From an uncultured delta proteobacterium (GTDB taxonomy: Bacteria; Desulfobacterota; RBG-13-43-22), in contig CAVUPH010000014.1 of NCBI GenBank assembly GCA_963743305.1, forward strand, positions 320,001-384,000: a stretch of 64,000 bases of DNA. The letters run 5' to 3'. Below the pieces are notes generated by a model, which was given only the letters and a program-made list of their open reading frames with translations, was not told the origin of the DNA and ran no database searches. Positions 40,381 to 50,307 of the stretch are shown here, in pieces. The stretch's first letter is position 1. Each line of letters begins with the position of its first letter. A program made the translations under genes and the position numbers.

Positions 40381-41448
40381 TTACCGGAGAACCATGGCCT
40401 TTTCCGGGCAGATTTCCTGGCAGCAAAAGCAGGTAATACAGGTCTCCTCCTTCACCCGGGGAAGGTCATCCTCCATGCTCAGCGCGGATACCGGGCACTG
40501 TTCCAGGCAGGTGCCGCAGCCGGAACACAGCTCGGGGTCGGCCTGGGGGCGCAGGAGGGTTTTTCCGTGGATGAAGGCCTGGATGGTTTGGTTGCCGCTG
40601 ATCGCTTCGCCCCCCAAAGGAGGAAGCCGGAAATCGGGCAGCCGCTCCAGCTTTCCCACGATTTGGATCCCCTCCAGGTCATAGTCCCCCAGGCCCATTT
40701 CCCGGGCCTTCTGCAGGAACCGCAAGCGGCCCGGGTCACAACCGACCATGAAGGCCATCACCGAGTCCAGTGCCACGGCGTTGTCGGAAGCCAGGATCAG
40801 ACCGATCTCCTTGAGATCCGGGGAGGCCGGCCCGTTACCCTCCATGCCTACTACGGCATCCAGGATAAAAAGATCGGGCACCCGCAACCGGAACACTTCG
40901 ACCACTGCCTCATGGAACCTGGCGGGGCTCCCCGCCGCCTGGTGAAGCTTGGCCTTTTGAGCGCCGGGCAAAATGCCGTAGCTGTTCTTGATGGCCCCGG
41001 TGATGACGGTCAGTCCGTGGGTCTTGAATTTCGGCAGGCTGATGAAGACGTCGGCCTCCAGGACCATCCGGGAAACGCTCACGGCAGGCAAAAAATCGGG
41101 ATTGAAGGCCACCGCGCAGGCATCTTCACCGATATTGCGGTAGTAGCCTTTCGCGGCCTCCAGCAAACCGGATTTTTTGAAACTTTCTTCATTGGCCCCG
41201 TAGCTGAAAAGGCCGGGATTGTCCCCCACCACGATGGAGGCCGGGGCCAGGGTTTCCAATTTTTCCACCACGGCCCGCAGCACGGCGGGATGGGTCACTA
41301 TCCCCTCCCCGGCCTCGGAGGCCCGCAGCACATTGGGTTTGACCAGCACCTTCTTCCCGGCCAGATTCAGGGGAAAAAGTGCAAAGGCCCGGTCTACGGC
41401 CAGGCGGACGTTCTCGTAAGTGGCGGGCTGGATCATCACCTGGGACAT
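40381..41448 (-). CDS. DUF362 protein with C-terminal 2x[4Fe-4S] domain
   Basis: VLVKPN, THP, PKFKTH, KNSYG, MEGNGP, two CxxCxxCxxxCP motifs. Confidence 0.88.
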   Translation of the reverse strand: MSQVMIQPATYENVRLAVDRAFALFPLNLAGKKVLVKPNVLRASEAGEGIVTHPAVLRAVVEKLETLAPASIVVGDNPGLFSYGANEESFKKSGLLEAAKGYYRNIGEDACAVAFNPDFLPAVSVSRMVLEADVFISLPKFKTHGLTVITGAIKNSYGILPGAQKAKLHQAAGSPARFHEAVVEVFRLRVPDLFILDAVVGMEGNGPASPDLKEIGLILASDNAVALDSVMAFMVGCDPGRLRFLQKAREMGLGDYDLEGIQIVGKLERLPDFRLPPLGGEAISGNQTIQAFIHGKTLLRPQADPELCSGCGTCLEQCPVSALSMEDDLPRVKEETCITCFCCQEICPEKAMVLR

Positions 41449-41526
41449 GTTTAGTCCTCCTTTTCCCAAAGATCCCCTTTTAGCGGATAACCTATACTAC
41501 TATCTTTTCGGGATAAAAGAAAGTGG

Positions 41527-41590
41527 CGCTTCGCCCTTTTGGATGGGTGCCCCCCAGATCCGGTATGGCCGTGGGGTCTCGGCGAAAGGG
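41527..41590 (+). repeat. Single arm of the repeat family also found at 61.1 kb
   Basis: 37/45 identity (by hand) to the reverse complement of 61111-61155. Confidence 0.7.
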
Positions 41591-41672
41591 TTTTCCATGT
41601 TGCTTTATAGGTTCTAACCCGGCCCTTTTACTTTCAAATTTTCCAGGTGGAAGGGCCAGCCAAGAGAGCATC

Positions 41673-41720
41673 AAAAAAACAAAGGCCGCTTTTTTATTGG
41701 AAAAGCGGCCTTTGTTTTTT
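41673..41720 (-). terminator. Intrinsic terminator of the acs operon
   Basis: AAAAAACAAAGGCCGCTTTT...AAAAGCGGCCTTTGTTTTTT just after acsE. Confidence 0.85.
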
Positions 41721-41741
41721 AATTGTAAAGGTGAATGGTTA

Positions 41742-42620
41742 CTAAATTTCCAGCCAGGAATCCGAATACAAGGTATGGCCCAGGATGACCTTGGCCGTTT
41801 TAGCATAGTCCTGCATTTCTTTGGACAGACCGCCCAGATCAAGGGCTTCGCCGTCCATGACCTTGTGGACGATCTCCACGATGTCCGGACGGTTTCCGCG
41901 GGCGATGTCCATGATCTTATCGTCAAAGGCATCAATAATACAGGAATACATCCCGTGGCGTTCCAGCATGATCATGTAGGTCTGGTTGAGAATGGGCCGC
42001 AGGTGATCCGGAGGCCCATTGGAGACGTTGGACAGACCGCAGGTGGACTTGGCCCCCGGAGCGATATCCTGGACCATGCTCATGAAGGTCAGCGTGCTCA
42101 TGAGCTGCTGTTGCTGAATGTTGACCGGGGTAATGATCGGGTCAACGAAAATATTTTCATTGGGAATCCCCGCCTCGTTGGCCGCGTAAAGCAGTTCGGC
42201 GGCCAATGATCCCCGCTCGTTCTCGTCCCGGGGCAATCCATCCGGCCCCCAGAGCAAGGCGATCATCATAGCCTCATACTGTTTACAGATGGGCAGCATG
42301 ACCGTGTAACGCTCCGGGCGGGCCATAATGGAATTGATGATGGCCTGACCTTTATGGACCTTCAGTCCAGCTTCAATGGCCGCGATGTTAGAAGTGTCCA
42401 GGGCCAGAGGGATGTCGGTCACCTCCTGAACGGTCTTGACCACCCAAGACATCAGTTCCTCGCCGCCTTTGCGGGCTGGGCCCAGGTTGATATCGATAAA
42501 ATCCACCTTGGCGGCGGCCAACTTTTCCGCCATTCCCCGGATAGGAGCGGGATCCATTTCTTTAAAGGCCCGACCGATGCCTTTATTAATCACGTTTAAA
42601 TTTTCACCGATGGTATACAT
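41742..42620 (-). CDS. acsE: Methyl-THF:corrinoid Fe-S protein methyltransferase
   Basis: IGENLN, IDINLG, LALDT, IINS, GLSNVS; acs context. Confidence 0.9.
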   Translation of the reverse strand: MYTIGENLNVINKGIGRAFKEMDPAPIRGMAEKLAAAKVDFIDINLGPARKGGEELMSWVVKTVQEVTDIPLALDTSNIAAIEAGLKVHKGQAIINSIMARPERYTVMLPICKQYEAMMIALLWGPDGLPRDENERGSLAAELLYAANEAGIPNENIFVDPIITPVNIQQQQLMSTLTFMSMVQDIAPGAKSTCGLSNVSNGPPDHLRPILNQTYMIMLERHGMYSCIIDAFDDKIMDIARGNRPDIVEIVHKVMDGEALDLGGLSKEMQDYAKTAKVILGHTLYSDSWLEI

Positions 42621-42686
42621 GGTTCTCTCCTTTTAAGCGTAGTGACCAGTAACAAACGTTAGCCTGAGGATCCTTTACCTCACGAC

Positions 42687-44030
42687 CTATTTCAGATCCC
42701 GCAGGAACTTGGGAATGTGGGCGGCTTCCCGCGGTCCGACCTTGATCGTCCAACCCGGCAATTCTTCTTCCAGGTCCCCGGCAATGGAGGCCGCATACCC
42801 CGGAATGATCAGGTTGCGGTGTTTCACCTTGTCGGCGATTCCGGATTTCTTGATAAAAATCCCCACGGCGTCCCCGACGAATTTTCCGGCCGCCCAGGCG
42901 GTCATGACCGACAAGCCCTCGGTGTCCATAATGCAGAGCCAGGTGGGCACGCGGCTGCCTTCGATCTCTCCCGAGACGATAAAATAGGTCAGGGAGAAGT
43001 TGGAGGTCACGCAAACCGGCGAATTTTCATCCGGGCCGTTGATTTCGTAGATGCCCTGGGTAACCGTCATGGGCCGCTGCGGGTCGGTAAAGATGTTCAG
43101 CCGTTCCAGCAGGAGAGGGAAGATGGACTGGCCTTCGAAATCGGACAAGACCAGCACCCCGGCATACTTGGCCACCATGAGGGCCCCGAACAGGGTCTCG
43201 GTTTCCAGATCCGGGGCCATATCACAGGGAAAGCAGATGGTGGGAAAACCGAGCGCCTTTTCCTTCTGGGCTAAAGCGGTCCGACGGATGGCCACCTGGT
43301 CTTCCAGGACCTTTTTGATCGTCCGGGCCCCGGAGTCCAGCACCAGGTCCTTCAATCCGGCCTGGGTCAGTTTGTTGGACAAGGCGATCAGTTCATCCAG
43401 ACCGTCCCCCTTGACCGCCAGAGGACATTTGGCTTCCTTGGCCAGTTCGCCCATGACTTCCACATTGTCCTTGGTGGCCGCATAGAGCAGCGGGTTGCCG
43501 CCGGGACAGGCCGCCACACCGGCTTTCAACACTTCGGGCTTATCGCTCATCAGGATCAAACTGAAATTGCTGGTTTCGAAGACCTGTTTGACGACCGCGG
43601 CAAAGGCGGCGGCATCGCCGTTCAGGTCTTTGACCGCCACCATTTCAGGACGCAGGTTCAACCCCACGCGTTCGTACTGAAAGCTATCCCATTTGCGCAG
43701 TTTGGCCGAAACGGTGTCGGCTTTCATGTCGCTGGTCAGCAGGGCACCCAGTCCGGTGGGATTGAAAAATGTTTTTTCATGACGGAATAGAACGGTTTCT
43801 CCACCGGTTTTCACGGCGTGATCGCCGGCACCGATGGTCAGTGGACGAATCGGCGGGGCCGAGGCTTCAGCCAACTGGGCCTTGGCCTCTTCGGAAACAT
43901 AAGGACACAAAGCCAGCTCGGCCTTGCCGGCAGCCAGGTTCATGGCAAAGGCCAGACACGTCGGTACTCCACACTCACCACAATTCGTTTTGGGAAGCAG
44001 CTTGAAAATTTGAATTCCTGTTAGACCCAT
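42687..44030 (-). CDS. acsC: Corrinoid Fe-S protein large subunit
   Basis: LPKTNCGECGVPTCLAFA, GETVLFRHEK, TDPQRP, AWAAGKF. Confidence 0.95.
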   Translation of the reverse strand: MGLTGIQIFKLLPKTNCGECGVPTCLAFAMNLAAGKAELALCPYVSEEAKAQLAEASAPPIRPLTIGAGDHAVKTGGETVLFRHEKTFFNPTGLGALLTSDMKADTVSAKLRKWDSFQYERVGLNLRPEMVAVKDLNGDAAAFAAVVKQVFETSNFSLILMSDKPEVLKAGVAACPGGNPLLYAATKDNVEVMGELAKEAKCPLAVKGDGLDELIALSNKLTQAGLKDLVLDSGARTIKKVLEDQVAIRRTALAQKEKALGFPTICFPCDMAPDLETETLFGALMVAKYAGVLVLSDFEGQSIFPLLLERLNIFTDPQRPMTVTQGIYEINGPDENSPVCVTSNFSLTYFIVSGEIEGSRVPTWLCIMDTEGLSVMTAWAAGKFVGDAVGIFIKKSGIADKVKHRNLIIPGYAASIAGDLEEELPGWTIKVGPREAAHIPKFLRDLK

Positions 44031-44040
44031 GCTCATCTCC

Positions 44041-44183
44041 TTATAAAATCGCGCAGCGATTTTATAAATGCAAAACCTCCGGCTGCGCTCATTTTAATCT
44101 GATCTCCCGTCAGGGGTGGATTAAAGGTAATGGTTGTGGGCGGGCTTGCGCCCGCCCTTTATAAAATTTCGAAGAAATTTTAT
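44041..44183. repeat. Three palindromes in the acsB-acsC spacer
   Basis: TTATAAAATCGC..GCGATTTTATAA; GGGCGGGC..GCCCGCCC; ATAAAATTTC..GAAATTTTAT. Confidence 0.7.
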
Positions 44184-46393
44184 CCGACAATGGACTCCAT
44201 GGAAACGGCCGGGTGCCCTTTTTCCTGAAGCCAGGGCAGGATCTCGTCCTCGGTCAGGCCCACAGTCTCATCGGCGATCATGTCGACGAGATTGGGGTAA
44301 CCCATTTCCGCTCCCCTTTTCAGCAGCCGTTCGCGGATTTCTTCCTTGAGCTGCTTGGGCATCCAGACCATGCGCAGTAAGCCGCCGTCGCCGGCGACGA
44401 ATTTACCCTGGGTGATGTTGAACTTGCTGTGGCCCACGAAACCGGGGGAAGAGGCCCCGCCGCCCATCACGCCGGCCAGAGTGGTGAATTTCATCCCGGA
44501 GGGGGTCATGCCGGTGTAGTCCCGGTTGACGGTCATGATGCCGTTGCAGGAAGGCAGCACGGCGGCAATGCACTCGCAGCAACCGCAAGTGGTCATGGGG
44601 TCCACCACCAGGCTGTAGAAATTATAATGATCGACCTTTTGCCGGGAGGCCTTATAGACAAAGTCGTTGACCCCTTTCCACTGACCCATCTTGGGATCCA
44701 GACATTCCCCCTTTTGTACCGGCTGGTTGGGACCGGTGGGATTGATTTCAAAAGAAGCCTTGCAATCCATCCAATTGTAGGCGCCGCACAGTCCGGTCCG
44801 TTCCGGGCTGACCATGCAGACGTGACTGGGGGCGAAGGACTGGCAGAGGGTGCAGGAATAGTAGGTCTCCACCGACTCATCGGTCATTTTCTCCACCCGT
44901 TCATCCCGGGTCCGGTAAATCTGTCGGGCCTCTTTGGTCAGCTTGTCCACGTCTTCCTTCTTCGTATAAAGGGTTACCTGGACCTTGTCTAAAATGGAGC
45001 CGAAGTCCTGGTGGAACTTAGCGTGGATGATCACCCCGATGTCTTTCAGGGTAAAGCCTTTCTGTACGGCCGGTTCACCGACCCGGACCCAGGCGATGTC
45101 CCGCTGCCCGATATGCATGATGCCCTGGGCATAGTTGATCAGGTGATGGATCTGGCGTTCCAGGATGGGCTCAAAGTCCTCCTGCATCTGCCGACCGGCT
45201 ACCTGGACGAAAATTCCCAGGGGCAGGCGATCGCCCTTTTTGCTGTCGGCTACGTCCGGACCCAGAACCTCGACCTTGCCGTCCTCGATGGCGTTCATGT
45301 CGACCATGCGGACCAACTCGGTGGCCTGAGTCTTACCGCCGCCCAGCTCTAAATAGAGATCCTCTTTTCGGACCCGTTCCCCCTCGAAGGCCGGGCCGTA
45401 GGCCAGGGGAATGGCGACATTGGCCACCGTGACCTTCAAGCCCCGGATCTCGATGGATCTCTGGGGCATTTCCCGGTGGGGCACATTAGCCACCACGTGT
45501 TCGTAGGTGCAGACCCCGGTGGGCAGGATTTCCGGTATATCGGTATCGGCGATGGTGGGGAAGCCCCAGTTCACGCAACCGGCGGCATTGGCCGCCCATT
45601 CGGCGCCGACATCCCCCAAGGCATTGACAAAGGCAAAGATTCGGTCCTTGTTATAAAGCAACATCTTCTTGTAATCGCCGGGTTTAACCCCGCCGAAGGC
45701 CATGGCCGCCCGGTTGGCAAAACCCAGGGCGAAAACCGCGGCCGAGATGTCCGGGCCGAAGGGCACCAGACGGGTGTTCCAGCCGATCTGCACCCCGGCC
45801 TGCAGGAGCTGCTCGGAAAAGGTGGTGCCGTTCTGGTTGGCGCACATGAAAACATAAAGGTTTTTCTTCTGGTATTCTTCGGCGATAAACTTGGCCGTTT
45901 CGGGATCCGGGGCGGCGCCGACAATGGCCGCAAATCCCGGAGCGGAACCGTCCACGAATTCCACGCCCCTTTTACGAAAAACCGTGTCCTCGGCGGCGCC
46001 CAGCCAGATCTTGCCGGCCGCCTCATCGATGTCTTCGCTGACCAGATAGAAGTCGGGGTCTTCCAGATAGCGGATGCATTCCGATACCTCTTCGGCGAAG
46101 AGGGTGGCCATCCCGGCATCCAACAAAGGCCCTAAATAAGGCAAGTGGGTCATGTTCTTGACGTGGGCCGGAAGGAGCTTCCGGGCTATTTCCATGGGTT
46201 TCTGGGCATCTCCCAGGGTTTTTACCGGGATACCCAAGATGGAGTAAATGATCGGTAAATAATAAGCGGTATTGGGAAACTCGATCTTTTGATCGGGGCC
46301 GTATTTTTCAATGGCTTTCTTGAGAGTCCCCTCGCCTTTGGAAACGATGTTATAAGCGCCCTGAATGGCCGCAAAAGCAACTAATTTAGACAT
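44180..46393 (-). CDS. acsB: Acetyl-CoA synthase
   Basis: FPNTAYYLP, CTLCQSFAPSHVC, GLCGA, PMTTCGCCEC. Confidence 0.97.
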   Translation of the reverse strand: MSKLVAFAAIQGAYNIVSKGEGTLKKAIEKYGPDQKIEFPNTAYYLPIIYSILGIPVKTLGDAQKPMEIARKLLPAHVKNMTHLPYLGPLLDAGMATLFAEEVSECIRYLEDPDFYLVSEDIDEAAGKIWLGAAEDTVFRKRGVEFVDGSAPGFAAIVGAAPDPETAKFIAEEYQKKNLYVFMCANQNGTTFSEQLLQAGVQIGWNTRLVPFGPDISAAVFALGFANRAAMAFGGVKPGDYKKMLLYNKDRIFAFVNALGDVGAEWAANAAGCVNWGFPTIADTDIPEILPTGVCTYEHVVANVPHREMPQRSIEIRGLKVTVANVAIPLAYGPAFEGERVRKEDLYLELGGGKTQATELVRMVDMNAIEDGKVEVLGPDVADSKKGDRLPLGIFVQVAGRQMQEDFEPILERQIHHLINYAQGIMHIGQRDIAWVRVGEPAVQKGFTLKDIGVIIHAKFHQDFGSILDKVQVTLYTKKEDVDKLTKEARQIYRTRDERVEKMTDESVETYYSCTLCQSFAPSHVCMVSPERTGLCGAYNWMDCKASFEINPTGPNQPVQKGECLDPKMGQWKGVNDFVYKASRQKVDHYNFYSLVVDPMTTCGCCECIAAVLPSCNGIMTVNRDYTGMTPSGMKFTTLAGVMGGGASSPGFVGHSKFNITQGKFVAGDGGLLRMVWMPKQLKEEIRERLLKRGAEMGYPNLVDMIADETVGLTEDEILPWLQEKGHPAVSMESIVG

Positions 46394-46427
46394 GGATAGT
46401 GTTCTCCTTTCTTAGGGGTCGCTCGAA

Positions 46428-48470
46428 TTAAACCGCCGCCAGCTTCTGCCGGTCGGCCATATCCATGAGCACCCGCTCACGGGCCTTGTCAATACCCAAG
46501 GCTTTACGTTTGGCGTCGATATGGGCTATCATCTTGTGGGCCATTTCGTAGGGATCTTCAACCAGATCCCATTTGCCGCCAAATACATTTTCCATCCCGT
46601 TAAACAAATAGTCCTGGAACACCGGGGACCCGGACGTTTGGAGGGCCACTCCAAACAGGGTATAGACCCCGGAAGCCACAAAGTATTGCCCGATGGAAAT
46701 GGCCTTCTCGCTCATCCATTCGGGCGCGCAACCGGCCGCCGGAAGGTCACTGATGTCGTTTCCCAACCCTCCGGCCTTGACTACTTCAGTAGCGGCCATC
46801 AGAATCCGGCTGTTATCCACGCAGGACCCCATGTGCAGGACCGGCGGGATCCCCACGGTTTCGCAGACTTCCGCCAACCCGGGGCCGCAGAAAACCCGCG
46901 CCGCCTCAGGGGTGAGGAGGCCGGCCTTGCCGCAGGCCATGGCGTTGCAACCGGTGGTCAGGACGATGACATCGTTTTTCAACAGTTCCTTGACGACAAT
47001 CAAGTGCGCGCTGTCATGCATGGTTCGGGCATTATTGCAGCCCACCACGCCGCCGATACCGCGGATCCGGCCGTTAATAATATTATCGTTTAAGGGGGTG
47101 TACGACCCTCGGAAGGTCCCGCCCAAATGATAGTTGATGGCTTCATAACTGAAGCCAACGACCATTTTTTCCTTGTCTTTGGGGATGAGTACCTCAGCGC
47201 TTCGGTTGGTATAGTTGTCAATAGCGGTCTTGACAATCCGTTTGGCGTCTTCCAGGGCATGATGTTCGTCAAATTGGATGTGCACGGTATCGCCGGAAGC
47301 GATTTTGCATCGGGTATTGGTGGTAATCAGCTTGGTATGGTAACACTGGGCCACGTTGGCCAGGTTCTCCATGATGCACTGGACATCGACCACCATGGCA
47401 TCCACCGCCCCGGTAATGATCGCTAGTTCCTGCTGCAGATAATTACCGGCAATGGGCATGCCGTGACGGACCAGGATCTCATTTGCCGTGCAACACATGC
47501 CGGCCAGGACGATCCCTTTGGCCCCCTTGGTGGCGGCGTACTGAAGCATCTCCGGGTCCTGAGAGGCCACGACGATCATTTCGGATAGCAGGGGTTCATG
47601 ACCATGGACAATGATATTGACATGATCTTTTTTCAAAACCCCCAAATTGATTTCCCCATGAACCGGATAGGGGGTCCCGAAGAGAACGTCCTGCATATCG
47701 GTGGCCATCATGGATCCGGCCCAACCGTCGGCCAAGGCGGCCCGCGATCCCTGTTTCATCAGGTTTTTATAATCCTGATCCACGCCCATATGGGTGCGGT
47801 GCATGATTTCGACGATCTCCCGGTCGATGCCGCGGGGGATGACGTCCAATTTTTTCCAAAGATCATAGCGGGCCTTGGGAGCGCGTTTGGCATAATAGAT
47901 TTCGCCCTCCTGCTTGCCCCATTCTCCTAATATTTTTTCACCTACCTCCACGGCGATGTCGTAAATATCCCGGTCTTTTTCTTCTCCGTCCACCATCACC
48001 GTTTTAGCTACCCCAAAATCTCCGGCGATTTCTTTCAATTTAACTTCATCTTTGATTTTATAATCCTCTGACTCTTTACGGGCGGCCGACAAAAAGACTT
48101 CGGCCACTCCGCGACCATGGTCGGAGTGGGCCGCCGCACCGGCGGCGATCATCCGGACAAAGTTACGGGCGGCAATGGTCTCCGGAGTGGCCCCGCAGAG
48201 ACCCATACGGGAATCCTTTCCTTCCAGATCCTTTTTAGTTAAAGGAAGGCGGCAAGGACCCTGGGCACACATCTTACAACAGGTTCCCTGAATCCCGATA
48301 TTACACGGTTTCATGGAATCGGCCCGATCAAAGATCGTTTCCACCCCATCCTGCTGGGCCTTATAGAGCATGGTAATGGTGGCCGGATCAACGCTCTTTT
48401 CTTCGGGTTTGATTTTCTTCTTTTCTTTCTCCACAACCTTCAATGTTTCTTTGGCTTCTTCTGATGCCAT
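46428..48470 (-). CDS. cooS: Anaerobic Ni-CO dehydrogenase catalytic subunit
   Basis: CCKMCAQGPC, AAHSDH, HGHEP, GMCCTANE, GSCVDNSR, EKAISIG. Confidence 0.97.
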   Translation of the reverse strand: MASEEAKETLKVVEKEKKKIKPEEKSVDPATITMLYKAQQDGVETIFDRADSMKPCNIGIQGTCCKMCAQGPCRLPLTKKDLEGKDSRMGLCGATPETIAARNFVRMIAAGAAAHSDHGRGVAEVFLSAARKESEDYKIKDEVKLKEIAGDFGVAKTVMVDGEEKDRDIYDIAVEVGEKILGEWGKQEGEIYYAKRAPKARYDLWKKLDVIPRGIDREIVEIMHRTHMGVDQDYKNLMKQGSRAALADGWAGSMMATDMQDVLFGTPYPVHGEINLGVLKKDHVNIIVHGHEPLLSEMIVVASQDPEMLQYAATKGAKGIVLAGMCCTANEILVRHGMPIAGNYLQQELAIITGAVDAMVVDVQCIMENLANVAQCYHTKLITTNTRCKIASGDTVHIQFDEHHALEDAKRIVKTAIDNYTNRSAEVLIPKDKEKMVVGFSYEAINYHLGGTFRGSYTPLNDNIINGRIRGIGGVVGCNNARTMHDSAHLIVVKELLKNDVIVLTTGCNAMACGKAGLLTPEAARVFCGPGLAEVCETVGIPPVLHMGSCVDNSRILMAATEVVKAGGLGNDISDLPAAGCAPEWMSEKAISIGQYFVASGVYTLFGVALQTSGSPVFQDYLFNGMENVFGGKWDLVEDPYEMAHKMIAHIDAKRKALGIDKARERVLMDMADRQKLAAV

Positions 48471-48528
48471 ATTATGTTCCTCCTTGATGTACAGTCTCCA
48501 GAAGGACTGTCTTCCTGCCAGATACTGA

Positions 48529-50088
48529 TTAGCTTCTTTTATTTACTCGATTAATTTGGGCCAGCAATTTATCTACGGGAGAAAGTTGGATTGCCGCCGC
48601 TTTCATCACCTTCGGCCCTTCAGCCCCAGGGGCTTCTTTTCCCGCGTCTCGCTTAGCCCTTTCGGCAGCCCTGGCTGCGGCTAAGGTCTCCTCCGCGGCC
48701 TGGGCCTGGGCCTTGGCTTCTTCTTTGGCCTTTCGTTCGGCCTCTTCCTTAGCCTTGACTGCCGCTTCAGCCTGGGCCTTGGCCGCTGCTGCCTCCTGGG
48801 CCTTGGCCGCCGCTGCCGCTTTGGCCTGGGCTTCGGCCTCAGCTTTGACCTTCGCCTCGGCATCGGCTTTGGCTTTGGCCGCTGCCGCCGCGTCGACCGG
48901 GGGCGCCTCTTTCGGAGCGGCGGCCGGGGCTTCCGGTTTCGCCGCCGCCACGGGTTTGGCCGCGGCCGCCGGTTTGGGGGCCGTGGCTTCCTTGGGGACG
49001 GCGGCTTTTTCTTTCGGTGGAGCCGCGGCTTTCTTCTCTTCCTTTACAGCCGCGGCGGTTTTGACGATTTCCGGATAATTTCCTTCCGGCTTGACGTTCA
49101 GGGCTTTGTATTTAGCCGCCAGATCGGCAGGGGCCAGGACCGTATCCCCGGTAATCAGCAGGTCGATAAATTTCCGGACCAGTTTGGCGGTCTCGGGATG
49201 GCGGAGAATCAACAGGTCCGATCCGGCCAACAGATACGACACCGCGGCGACCGCTTCCATCAGGACACCCCGTTTGGCCGCTTCCCCCAAGGTGGGGGCC
49301 TCCTCGGTGGTCAACTTGGCTTCTTTAGACTTCCAGACTTCATTGCCTACGTTATTGATCAGGGCATATTGGAGTTTGTCGTCCTCCTGGGCCAGGGCCG
49401 CCATCCGAATCCGTTCCATGACCGAATAGGAATATTCCAGCCCGTACCCCAAACCGCCGGTAGTCGGATCGACAATGATCCGTTCCTTAGGGACGCCCAA
49501 GTTTTCCAGCAGGATGTTGAGCTGCTTGGCCAAATTGACGTCGATGGGGGTTGAAGAGATGACCGTGTGATTATAGGCCATGGCCGAGGCCCCGATCTGT
49601 TTATGATTCCCTTCGGCCACCGGTCCCAGGGTTAAATTGGCGCCCTGACAATCCTCGCTGATTTTCCGCAGGACTTCGGCATCTTTTTTTTCATTCCCCG
49701 ATCCCCAAATAATCACGGGAACCTCGACCGCCTTCAAGACCTTCTGGACGGTTTGGCTAGCCTCTTCCGGCCCTTTATCCAGGCCGTTGGGATCGGTGCT
49801 TTTGAGTTGAATGACAATGGCCTCGGCGCCGAAATCCTTGACACACTTGGAGGCCCAGGCCGCCGGGTCATCCAGGACATCTTGATAGGGCGCCAAGGCC
49901 GAATCCGGCCAGTCATCGGGTCGCATATCCCAGATCTCCATGGCAATCCGGGGCGGATGGGGTAGGTTCCCCTCAAATAAATAGAAAGGGTAGGAATCTT
50001 CCCCTCCCAACGTTATCGGATTGTTTTTGCCGATTGAAACCGGATTGATTTTGCCCGAATACGTCGCTTTTGGAATTTCAAAGGCCAA
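48529..50088 (-). CDS. acsD: Corrinoid Fe-S protein small subunit with Ala/Lys/Pro-rich C-terminal extension
   Basis: STPIDVNLAKQLN, LGYGLEYSYSVMERIR, LILRHP; TTG start after GAGG. Confidence 0.92.
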   Translation of the reverse strand: MAFEIPKATYSGKINPVSIGKNNPITLGGEDSYPFYLFEGNLPHPPRIAMEIWDMRPDDWPDSALAPYQDVLDDPAAWASKCVKDFGAEAIVIQLKSTDPNGLDKGPEEASQTVQKVLKAVEVPVIIWGSGNEKKDAEVLRKISEDCQGANLTLGPVAEGNHKQIGASAMAYNHTVISSTPIDVNLAKQLNILLENLGVPKERIIVDPTTGGLGYGLEYSYSVMERIRMAALAQEDDKLQYALINNVGNEVWKSKEAKLTTEEAPTLGEAAKRGVLMEAVAAVSYLLAGSDLLILRHPETAKLVRKFIDLLITGDTVLAPADLAAKYKALNVKPEGNYPEIVKTAAAVKEEKKAAAPPKEKAAVPKEATAPKPAAAAKPVAAAKPEAPAAAPKEAPPVDAAAAAKAKADAEAKVKAEAEAQAKAAAAAKAQEAAAAKAQAEAAVKAKEEAERKAKEEAKAQAQAAEETLAAARAAERAKRDAGKEAPGAEGPKVMKAAAIQLSPVDKLLAQINRVNKRS

Positions 50089-50278
50089 CGGTTGTTCCTC
50101 CTTTAACGATTGATATAGTTAATTCCGTGAATTTTTGAACAATCAGAAACCTTACTTCCCACTTTCTACTGACCCGCTTTGTTTGATTAACCACAGTTTC
50201 TAACGCCTAACGACCCAATAAGGCAGGAAAAAACGGGAAGAAGTGACTTTTTTCGTCACTTTTCTACGATATAAGGAC

Positions 50279-50307
50279 TTCTTAATGGAGACAATAGGCT
50301 TTGTCAA
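50279..50307 (-). promoter_or_regulatory. Putative sigma70 promoter of acsD-cooS-acsBCE
   Basis: TTGACA-17 nt-TAAGAA on the minus strand; AAGTGAC-N7-GTCACTT palindrome just downstream. Confidence 0.4.
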
